Shown: in pieces, positions 26,545-38,500 of the stretch
Layout of the letters: every line of letters begins with the position of its first letter
Numbering within the stretch: the stretch's first letter is position 1
NCBI GenBank assembly: GCA_030765685.1
Contig: JAVCCB010000015.1
Location: 8,113-72,112, forward strand
DNA length: 64,000 bases
Direction of reading: 5' to 3'
Origin: Candidatus Tantalella remota
GTDB lineage: Bacteria; Omnitrophota; Gorgyraeia; Tantalellales; Tantalellaceae
The notes under the pieces: generated by a model
Databases searched by the model: none
What the model was told of the DNA's origin: nothing
The model's input: only the letters and a program-made list of their open reading frames with translations
Made by a program: the position numbers and the translations under genes

Positions 26545-29500
26545 ATGGGCATCCTCAGAAAAGGGACTGGGCGACAGTCTCTACATACTGATAAGAGTGG
26601 CTACTCTGCTGCAGGGGTAAAAGCGGCGGATGAAATATATGGCGTGACGACTTGGAGAAGGCGTCATGCCTTTTTTATTAAATGTGTAAGTATTGTTGTT
26701 GCCGTTATTTTTCTGCATCAGCAGACAGGATGGGCCCAAGCGGGCAAACCTGTCTGGGCCAACGCTAAACCCTTAGCAAAAACCTACAATGAGCATATGA
26801 ACCTTAACGGGATAAATATTCCGTATGATGTCGCGAAGACCCAGGAAGTGTGCGTGAACCCGAGTGAGGATGTCATCATACACGTTCAGGACGCGCATGC
26901 TTCTCTTTCCGCGCAGCATTCCATCGTTAACCTTCTCGATTCCCTGGTGACCAATTATGATCTGAGGCTTATCGCTCTTGAGGGAGCCTCGGGGTATATC
27001 GATACGTCACTTCTTAAGACTTTCCCGGATAAAGCAATAAGGGATGATACCGCGGAGTTCATGCTTAAGGAAGGCCGGATGAACGCGGGAGAGTTCTTTG
27101 CCGTGACCAATGACGGGCCGGAAGTAGAGATATATGGTATAGAAAACGATGCTCTTTACCGTACCAATGTCGAAAGTTTCAGGAACGTGGCAAATCAAAG
27201 GGCGCGGCACGTGGCTGATGTAGAGGGAATGCTGGGGCAGCTGGAACTCTTAAGTGAAAAGATGTGTTCTGAAGAGCTTAATATGCTGAACAGTAATTCT
27301 GTTTTGCATCGCGACGGGCGTTTAAGTTTCACGGATCACTGGAAGCACATGATCTCCCTGGTGGAAAAGTATAACATAGATTTTTCCAGATATGGGGAGC
27401 TGAAAAAAATACTCATGTCCATAGAGCTTGAGGGAGAGATTAATTTTGCTAAAGCTAATCTGGAAAGAAGAAGGCTTATAGATGAGCTTAGCAGGGAGAT
27501 GGACAAGGAAGACCTCGAGCAGCTGGTACTCAGATCGCTCGCGTTTAAGCAGAATAATATTTCTCAGGGGGATTTTCACAGTTATCTGATCAGTCTGGCG
27601 GAAAAAGAAGGTATAGAAGCTGCCGGGTATGAAAACCTGATAAATTTCACACGTTATATAGCCATATACGAATCAGTGGAACTGTTCAAGCTGTATCGTG
27701 AGCTGGAATCTCTCGAAGACGCGGTGAGGGAGAGAATCTATCGCAATGACGATGAGCGTGAGATATATCATATGACCAAAATGATAAGATTGCTGAAGAA
27801 GCTATATAGTATGGAACTCGTTAATACGGAATACGTGTATTTGAGGGAGAACCTGGGCAGGGTGAGTGTGCAGGATAACGCCCGGTTTATAAGAGAAAAA
27901 TGTGATGAGTACACGGTGCCGATAGCCGGAGCATATGACCTGGGTATGATATTTGGAGACGCTGAAGGCGCTATGGATTTTTACAGGCAGGCCGAAGATA
28001 GGAACGCGGCTATGCTGGCAAACACTCTCAAAGCAATGCGTATGACCGGGAAACACGTGGCCGCGCTTGTCACCGGAGGATATCACAGCACAGGACTTTC
28101 CGAGCTGATGCAGCAGAAAAAGCTTTCGTATCTTGTGGTCATACCTAAGTTCGAAAGCGGCAAGGAGCGTCCCTATATTGCTATATTGACCAATAAAAAA
28201 CGTCCATACCAGGAGATCCTGGAAAGTGGTCAGTACCAGCTTGCCGTAGAAGCGTATTTTTCCGCTACCAAGGGTGATCTTTCACGCATGAAATCCTCGC
28301 TTTTTCACGCTCTCGGAGAAGCGGCTATAGAGGGTAAGGATATTGCCGCGATAAAGAGGATATGGGAGCAGGCGTACCGGGAGAGATACGAGACCATAGT
28401 ATCGGAGAAGCTGGATCAGATGACGTTTGCTCCGGTCACACCGGAAGCGTTCGTAAGTTTTCTCGCGAGGGTCGAGGCGCAAAGGGTCGGAGACGCCACC
28501 GTGATAGCTGACCGGACCGGCGACGGTATCACTTTTATCGCCCTGATAAGAGACGGTGAATATTACGAGTTTAATCCGGCTTCAAGGTCCCAGAGGGTAG
28601 TTGTCGCCAGAAGATTGGCTTTGCAGGAGACCAGTGCCTCGACAGCGGAGGAAGAGGGCGCTGAAGATTTCGCGAATGCCCTGCAGAAGATCAGATCCGA
28701 TGTGGCTGATATCAAGTCGATGCTAAGCAGCATCATAGATACACGCGAGGAACTGATAATACAACTGGAAGGAGTATCTCCGGCGGATATAATGGCCAGA
28801 TTGCAGGACCCCGCGAACACGACGGCAAAGGAAGTAATATCAAAACTGCGTGCCAAGCAGATCAACGTACCGGCTGACTGGGAGGGCGATGAGGAGATCT
28901 CAGAAAAAATAAACGTTCTTGTAGCGGATGTCAGGAGTTCAGCCGCCTACATAGCACGGTCAGAAGCGATCGGGGAGGATTCTGAGCAGGAACCGACGAG
29001 AAAGGCGGGGGCAGCGGAAGGCCTTTCGGAAGGGGCAGAAGAACGTGTTGAAGCGCAGCCAACACCCGATGCGGCTACAGCCGCTTACATAGAACGGTCA
29101 GAAGTGATCGGGGAGGCTTCTGAAAAGGAACCGCGTAGGAAGAGGGGGCCTCCGGGAAGTATGATGGGACTCTTGATGGTATTGGGGTTATCACTTTTTC
29201 TGAATATATCAAGTCCGTCATTGGGGAGGGCAGCTACTCCGGTAGCTCATCCGGGCGGAGCAGTACCGGAATTGGTCCAAAAAGGCAGCGATGCTATGAC
29301 ATCGCGCGTAAGGGCGACACGTGAATCTATAGCCAAGAGCAGGGGTGCCGGCGCCAGGAAACAGTTCGCTGCGGATAAACAGAAGATGCAGGACGCGATA
29401 GGCGAATACTTTGATAATTTGCGACAAACTGATTATTTCAAGGACAGGGCAGCGAGAATAGCGTCGGCCGGAGACGGCAGTGATCCTTTAGTGCTGGATA

Positions 29501-32500
29501 CCTATATATCAGGCGGAAGATTCCTTTTAGTGGATGCGTACGAGGATGGATATTCCTGGACCGTTGATATGCCGGAGAGACGCATGGAAAAATTAAATGC
29601 GCTTATCGATAGGGTCTGGGTGTCGGTGGACAAGGACAGCCTGCCCGAATATATAAGGGCAAAGACCGTTACCAGACAGGCTGAAGACGGCACTTCCTAC
29701 GAGGAACCCGTCGATGATATATGGAAAATGCTTTTTGTTCTTTCAGTCCTGGATCCTGATACATACGACTATCTTGAAAAGAATAACGTCCGAATAGTCC
29801 TGGTGGAAACAGACTGGTTCAGAGGCGCTAACAGGGGTACAAGGTTCTGGCGCATGATAGCACCGGACGGCGCGACTATAGAAATAGACAGGAACCAGAT
29901 CGCCGAGATGGTCGGAACCCTAGTCCATGAGACGGTACATCACATGAATAGCGATGTACCCGACAGTCTATGGTCCCTTTACCGGAGCACTCTCGGATAT
30001 GGAAAAGAATTTTTCAGGGAATTGCCTTCGTATGAAGTCGAACCCTTCGCTCGGCAGCAGGAGTTTATGAGGGCAAAATTCCGTTTGAACGTAAGAATGG
30101 GGTTTTTGTCTAGCGCATACCTGGAGCAGAGATGGTTCTTCGGGATGATGAGTGTCCTGACGTGGATGATAACGATACTCGCTCCGGCATATATAGCGAC
30201 TAAGTACGCTGTCAAAAAAATGGGAGGGTTGAAAAGTATAGGCGAAAAAGTACAAAATTTTGTTGAAAAGAGGACGGGCGGCAGAGACGGGCAGACGAAC
30301 ACTGCTACGATAACGGTCATGGCGGTCATGGCAGCTACGGTCGCTACTGTCTTTCTTGCTGTACTTCCGGCACTGGCCAGACCGGGGTCAGCCATACCTA
30401 TGGCGGGATTATTGAAGTCGATGGCGCCGATGCTGGCTCTGGCATCGGTAGTGATATCAGCCGCGATAGTACTGTCGCGGAACAGGGCAAGTATAGCGGG
30501 ACTCATCGCCAACAGGCGTGAGAGACGAACGAAAAGACGGATCGAAGAAGCATTCATGGAGGCCCTGAACAACATGGGGGATGAGTTCAGGGGAGCCATA
30601 GACGAATCCGTAAAAGAAAATTTCCGGGTAAAGATACAGAATGACTTAACAAAATTGGAACCGCAGATATCCGCTTTGAGAAAAGAGCGTGAAAGGGCCG
30701 CTATAAGTCTGACTCAGGGAAACGCGGCCGCTCAAAAAGATATCAATGCCGCCGACCGCAAAATAGCCCGGCTTCTTCAGGCTGTCGAAGTTCTTAATAC
30801 AAGGCTTTCCAGCCACGAGAAAATATATGAGTTTCTCCAGGATCCCAAAGGTGTTATGCCGGCAGTATTAGAGGATGACGAATACCGGGAGACGCTGCAG
30901 AATTATATCGGTAAGATGCGGGCGCTGAGGATGTCGGGCATGTCGGATGAGGACATGGCGCGGCTTCATACTCCGGCATATTTTAAAAGCGTAATAGAGG
31001 CGATACCTCTTTTGACATTACAGGGGAGGGCGGAGAATCTTCGAAAGTTAGGAATAAAGATCAAACCATATCTTCTGGGATACCGGGAAGATACGATGAA
31101 AGAGAAAGTAAGTCTGCTTGCCCGGATGGGGATGCCCATTACGGCAAGCAATGTACGCCTTTCTCAGGTGAAGATGATCAAGACCGCGATAACAAGCTAT
31201 GTGAACGGAATACTCGCGGATGCCCCCGTGCAGCAGGAAAGAGACCAGCTGGCGGCTCTTGTAGAAAAAACCCTCACAGCGGATATGGAGGTCCTGGTAC
31301 ACCCGGATTATCGGGGCAAGAATCCTTTTTTAAGCAGCTACGCAGATGCCGTGTATGAGGAAAAAGACGAATCTGTTCTGACAGAAGAAGACCGAGATGC
31401 TTTGGGTAGAGAAAGGGATCAGCTTTCGGAATTAAGGGACAGGTATATGGCAGTGATAGCGTCACCCGCAAGGATGTCCGATGATGATTTTGAGGATCTC
31501 GGAGATTTCCTGACGCGTTTAAGCGACGGGGACCTTGCCCTTTACGCGGAACAGCATCTTAGTGAAGAAGAACTGGAAGAGTTGAATCGCTTGTCGGAGA
31601 AGACCATAAGCATTCCGCAGCAGGAGATACAGGCAGATTTTCTGTATAAGATAGTGTCCGACAAGACCATAAATGGCCAGGAGATATTTGACCGGGTACT
31701 GTACGAAGAGGGTGTTTACGCGCTTCCACAGAAGATGGTAGTCGAAGAGCTTGTGGCGGATCAGGAAGATATTCGCACGGCGCATAAAAAAGAATTTCGC
31801 GGGGCGGTGGACGCGGTAAAACAGCATTTGAAAAACCTGGATACAGCAAGGAGTCTTTATACCGCCGGAGAGTGGATCGGGCTGACAAGACAGATCTTTA
31901 AGATTCGGAGGGATTTCTCCCGGGATATGAAGGAGAGAATAAAGGCGCTGAGATACAATGATCTTTACAGGGACCAGGCGAGGATATTCGAACGCTATCA
32001 TGATGAGTATCTACTGCAGCTTATGGGAATAGATATATCGAGAAAAGATGACGGCACGCTGGATCTGGACAGGATACTTCTGGATCTCGGGATTATCGGA
32101 AGAGACAGGTTTAGGGAACTTTCCCGGGCGTTAAGCGTTATGTTCCCGGGCACGACGATATATTCACCTGTTATTCGGGCGATGGGATTCTTTTCGGGAG
32201 CAAAAGGATGGATGGAGTCCCAGTCTGAAAAAACAGCGCGTATGTTCGACCGCATACCGCTATTCGGTAGCATGCCGGCATACGCGAGAGTGATGTTAAT
32301 GATATCGATGGGCATAGTAGTGTTCGCGAGTTTCGCATTAGCGGCCCTTATACCGGCCGCGGCCCCTCCCACGCCCACGGCGCCCAGTATTACAATGGAG
32401 ACTCCTACGCCGCTCGGATATATGGAAACTCAGGTAGGTTTGGGGGAGATTGAGCCTATCCAGGCTGTTCTTAACGTGGCGGACATAGACACCAGTTATA

Positions 32501-35500
32501 CTCCTGAATACATGCAGGAATGGATAGCAGATCAGCTCAATGACGCGTGGCCTACCGGTGTGTGGGAAGAAGTTATTACACCGGAACTGGCGCCTGCCGC
32601 TCCTGTTGCTGAGCCGGAACTTTTGATCGCCCAGGCTGTCGATACGAATACGGTCATTGATACCGGCGTCACTCCTGGAATAACTCCGGCATCAGGAGCC
32701 CCGGTATTGGAAGCTCCTGTATCGGAGGCTCCGGCATTGGAAACTCCGGTTGTTGAAGAACAGGATATTCCGGTAATGGAGATCATAGATGTCGAAGAAA
32801 TAACAGTGGACGAAGTTAAAGAGCATCTTACCGTCGAAGGAGGTTTCAGGCTACCCCTGTTAGGGAGACTTTGGGGAGGGACTACACCCGAACGTGAAGA
32901 AGCTGCCCGGAAAGCCATAATACTTCTTTCGAGGGTGGAAAACCCCCGTCAGCAGAAACAGATGTATAAACTGGGTAAAAAATCAGTGAACCGGATGAAA
33001 TCAGAAGATGAGGATTCTATTCTCCGTAACACATTGTACGAATTCGCGCTTGAAGAAGCCAAAAGGCTTCAGGGCGATGATACATATCAGGGTGATGTCG
33101 AAGAAGTTATAGGTTCCATACTGGACAGTGTCAGGACCATACCGCAGAGAGGTACCTACGATAAGGTCCGCGAAGGCCTTTTATCCAGGCCGCTGCTTTC
33201 TGATACCGATATGCTTCTTACGCTACTTACGGCGGATAACCTTCTTGACGAGAGGCTGGATATCGATCTGGCGACCATTAATTATCTTAAGGAGAACGGC
33301 ACCGGCGGCATTTTCGGGAATTTTAAGGTATGGATAGGGCTCGGATACGATACCCGATCGGAAAGCCTTAGCATGGCGCTTCCCGGGGTATCTCTTACGC
33401 TGTTGGACCGGGGAAAAGACGCGCGCGTTTCCGAAGCTATGGCTAATATAGGAAATAAGCGGGCGGAATATTATGCTTCTACAGTATCCGCGATGAGGGA
33501 TTTTTTCGTATTGTGGCAGAACGCGAACCAGATAACTGACGAAATAGGACGTCTTGAGAAAGGCGTGGCAAGACTTAAGGTAGAACTTGAGCAGGCGCAT
33601 GAAGAGGACAGACCGGGGATACTTTCCCGGATAAGGACCGCCGAAGGTATGGTGGATGACGACCAGGCTGAACTTGGAAAGATAACCGCGCGTATCAAGG
33701 CTCTCATGGGTATTCGCCCCGATAGGGCGATATCACTGGATTTTTCAAAACCCATCTCTCCGGATGCCATAGATAACGCGTTCAGGATATGCGCGGATTA
33801 CGGTGTGGAACTGGGCGCTCCGGCGGACGTGATCAAGGCCAATGCCGGCGCGATATGGGGAGCAGCCAGCGCGGAAGAAGCCGATATCGCAGGTATAAGG
33901 ACAGTCACCATCGGGGCCAAAGTAGATTTTCTCAATATTCTTACCGACTGGGGACTTGTAGGATTAACGGGGACGCTGGACCTCCGGTGGGGCAGGACCA
34001 TGACGGAAGCGCACGCGGAATTTCTTAAGGCGGTAAAGACCATGTATGCCGAAATGTCAGAGAAGGACGCGGAGGTAAAAAAAGTAACGTTACTTAGAGT
34101 TCAGAGCAGCACGAGGGCGCTCCTGGCTTCTATGGACGAGAATATAGAACGGCTTGAAAAGATCAAGAAAGAACATGAAGCGCCGGCAAAGAGGTGGACC
34201 AGAAACCGATATGATTATATGCAGGCAATATTTGATATCCAGCACGCGCGTGTGATAAGGGACCAGGTCGAACTTCAGGTACAGGCTGTATGGGCTGAAC
34301 TCGGTCTTGAATACCGGTTGGTAGAGGGAGTACCCGAGGCAAGAGCGGTGATGGATATGGATGCCGTTATGCAACAGGTGATGGACAGGATCACTACCAG
34401 AGGAGACATAAGAGAACTGGAGCTTCTGAAAACGAGGGCTCTTGGAGAGTTCAAGGCAATGGGGATAACTCCTCCCGAAAGCATGACAGGCGAAAAGGTG
34501 GGAGCGGGCAGGACCCTGAGAAATGCCGGGGTGCGCGCCTTGACGACCATAGGGCTTGGTGACGGGATAACGCTAGGGGGATCTCTCACAGGTCAGGATA
34601 TAGCTGGCGGGTACGGGTGGATGGAGGATATAAGTGAATCAAGAGAAGATATAACCCGCTGGTGGACAAGTTTCGGCATCGAGATACGGCCGGAGAACGC
34701 GTTAGGTCTATGGCAGCAGTACTGGGAGGTGACCTATAAAGAAGCGGATATGCTGATGAAGAACAAGGTCTATAGATGGTCCTGTGATGTCCTTAGTATG
34801 ATCAACAGCTACAGGGGACTGGAAGCTCAGCTGGCGAGCGCCGAGAGGCAGCTTGAGCTGGCAAAAGAAATACAGGCGGATATTCTGGCGGACAGGTACT
34901 CGACGGTGGAAGAAGCGGATATGGTAGACAAGTCGGCAGAGTTCGTAAGTGAGAAGAAAGCGCTGCTGGAGACAGTACGGGCGCAACTGAGCGAATCAAT
35001 GAATATTTCTCTCGATGATGTTGCCGGGGAAGGTGTGGTTAGTGCCGATGAAATAGAGGGGCTTCTGGCAAGGACTCTCGAGTCCGCCGGGATAGAAGGG
35101 TATGATCCGGAAGGCGCGGAAAAGGAACTTCTTGAAACTGCCAGGCAGAAGACGGTCGTACTGCTGCGTCTGGCAAGGTTTAAGAAAATGGAGGTGCCTG
35201 TCGGCATCGCGTGGGAGTCGTATCAGAAACTATCCCCGAGGCGCACTCAGACGACCGACGACGCGGGAAATGTCATAATGAACGATCTTACAAGCCAGGC
35301 TTTTACCGAAGACGTTACGGACGCGGACGGCGCTACCGTAACGGATTATGTTACCGAGAATACCAGGGAATATTATGTCGAGTGGACCAGTGTCCTGGAA
35401 AATCTCCTGCAGAAGACCGTAATCGTAAAGAGACCAAAAGCTGTTGTGGATAAAGCTGATTTTGACCTGGAAAGGTGGCCGTCAAGGGCTACCAGAGTAC

Positions 35501-38500
35501 GGCGAATAGCGGTGGCCGACCGTGAAGAGGCCAGCGACAATCTTAATTCTTCCAGGCAGGAGCTTATGGATCAGGATACCGCGCTTGCCGGCCTGATCGA
35601 GAGATATGCGGCTTATGATCCCTATGTTACCCCGAGGATGATAAGGTACCAGGAGAAGAAGGTGGAAGGTCGGCGCAGCGAGGTTATCGCGAACGAGGCG
35701 GCTCTGGTCAACGCGGATATACGTCTGATAAGGGTCGCGGGAGTCAACTGGAGAGAGACCGAAGGTCCGCAAGCGGAAGAGAGGGACTATTCGAGGGAAG
35801 AAGTGATGCATAAACAGATACAGGCGGGGCTGGATGGATCTGAAGCTTTCATAAAGATGTTAACCGATTACGTGGATGTAGATCTCAGGCTTAGCGTTGA
35901 AACACCGAACATAGACGACAGGCTCGATACGGTCGACGGATACCTTGCCGATATAAATGGATGGAGAGATTATCTGGACAATGAGAGATGGAACAGCTAT
36001 AGCTGGGCAGACAGCGGATCCGGTGGTGATACTGTAGGAGAATCTATAGATCCAAATACAGGTACAGTAACGCCCGCGGATGATTCACAGCAGAGTCAGC
36101 AGCAAGCAGGGCTAGACGCCACCCGCGCGACTTTAGATGGATATGAAGAGCAGCTTAATGAACAGAAAAGTCAGCTTGAAGATATAAAGAAAAGACAGAT
36201 CGCCGGTTTTATAGACTGGAAGATAGAAATAAAGGTGAGACCGTTCGCGGAGCTCGCCGACGCGGGAAAATCGAGAAGAAAAGCCAAGGACGCGGAGGCG
36301 GAGGAGAAGCAGATCGAGTACGCGTTCGCTTTCAGGATGATACAGGATTATGTGCAGCTTCAGGCGGTACGCGAAAAACTGGCAAGTGAGCAACAGCTTG
36401 AGGCGAGTGTGCGCGTATTTCTTGAGGAGGAAATGGCGTTCAAACAGGAGATCAGTCCCGACGCGGGGATGACGGACAGGGTCAAGCAGTTTACCAGCGA
36501 ACTTGAAGAGATAAAGGATAACATAGCCGCGTACAAGTACCAGCTGCGCCACCTGGAAAAAAGAGGTACGAAAGGGCTTAAAGCCCTTGTGGATTCCGGT
36601 GTTCTTGAACTCACATATGTCGACGAAAACGGACAGATAAGAGAGATAGATATAACACAGGTGGATCCCGCCCTTTTTAATAAGGTAATGCAGACCGTAC
36701 AGGAAAAATGGCCGCAGGTACAGAGGTCTGTTCTCGCGAGAGAGATATCGGAAATAAACCTGGCGCAATTGAGCATACCGAGAAATTTGGCCAGCAATTT
36801 TGAGATAAGGCATCCTTTTGGGTCACGGGAGGAGTTTGGCACGAGACTTGTCCTCGGGATTTACGTGAACATAATAGAACCGGGGAGAGCCTACAGGAAG
36901 GCCTCGGAACAGGTATCGCTTTGGATAAACGAGGCAAAACAGCGGGATGCCGAGATCTCCTTTCAGAACACCCTTAAGGCGCTTGAAACCCGTATAACAG
37001 AATATGCCGAGGCCATGATACGCCATCAGGCGGCATATCAGAATGGTGAAAGATCGATAGCTGAGGCTATGGAGAACTGGGGGGACCTTGACCCCAATGC
37101 TCTGATAGTTCTCGGAGAGACCAGGTACACGATGAGGGAAGCCCGGGAGAATTTTATCGAAGCCAGGGCAAATTATAATGAGGCGATGCTTGAACTTCAG
37201 GTATATGTACACGTACTGGGGGACGATAAGCCGGAGACGATGGCAGAGTTGTTGTCGCCTGTTACGGCGGAAGAAAAAGCTACGATAACGGCCGCGGGAG
37301 TTTCTCCTGACCAGGTTCAGGCGGAGGCGCTCAAACTTCCCGCTCCGGACTGGGTAACCGGACCGGCAGCGATAAGAGACGCCGATATCCGAATAGAGAC
37401 AGATATCTTTCTGAGCAATGTGCTGAGCGATCGGGAATACACCGAAGATGAAGTGGACCACTGGGTAGGGTATTTCAGGTATCTCAGCCAGCCGAATTTC
37501 AGGGATTACACTAAAGATGAAGCCGTCAGGCATATAACAGGTATGACATGGTGGGCCAAAAAGATGATGCCACGATTGGAGGGAGTCGAAATACCGGACT
37601 TTTTCGGACGTTGCGTCGATCCCTATTCATTAAGCGACCGCGCGGCAGAGAACCCGATGATAGGGTTTATAGATTTTGCTATGGCTTATGAAGAATACAT
37701 GATGGCACGTGGTCAGGAATCTATGGGACGGGACGCGGATCCTGAAATAGCCCGCAGACGTACGGAAAGAAAAATGGACGAAGTTATACAGGCTTTAAAA
37801 ACAGGCGGGGCGGAGCTTGAGGCTTTGAAGACTGAGATCGATAAAGTAGGCCTCGCTAAGAACCCCGATGACTGGGATCTTAAGCTTGTAATGATGAAAA
37901 AATACGGCGACGCGATCACCGGTCGGAACCTGCGAGTGACAAAATATAACTTTGCCGACAGGCGCTTTCTCGCGAACCTTTATACCTACACGGTATTACA
38001 TTCCCTGACGCCGGAGGAAACCGATAACCTCTACAGTACAGTGCTTCCGGAACTGGTCAAGCTTGTCAATGACATCGCGGGTGATTCGCTTTCTCCGGAA
38101 AACATCCGGGATCTTCCCGGCGATCAGGCAAAATATCTTAACTGGCTGTATGAACAGATGGATGAAGTCCCCGCCGAAAAACAGGAACGCCTTCAGGGTT
38201 GGATAGACGCTTACAGTAATATGCTCGCGGAGAACATCGCGTTGGATAGGGCTATGACGCTTTTGACCATAGCTAGTGAAAACACCGCGACTTTGCAGGG
38301 AATGGGTATCGATACGGACCTGGCTAAGGAAATAAAAAAGTTAAAGTACAGAAGCGATGTTCTAACAGCGATAGCGATGGGAGAGGCCGCGCCGAAAGAT
38401 ATGGACAAGTTCATGAGCCTGATGAGTACTTCTATGGACAAGGAGTCTATAGAAGCCGGGACGGGAGAGCTCATACCCAACATAAATATAGTCCCGCGGG

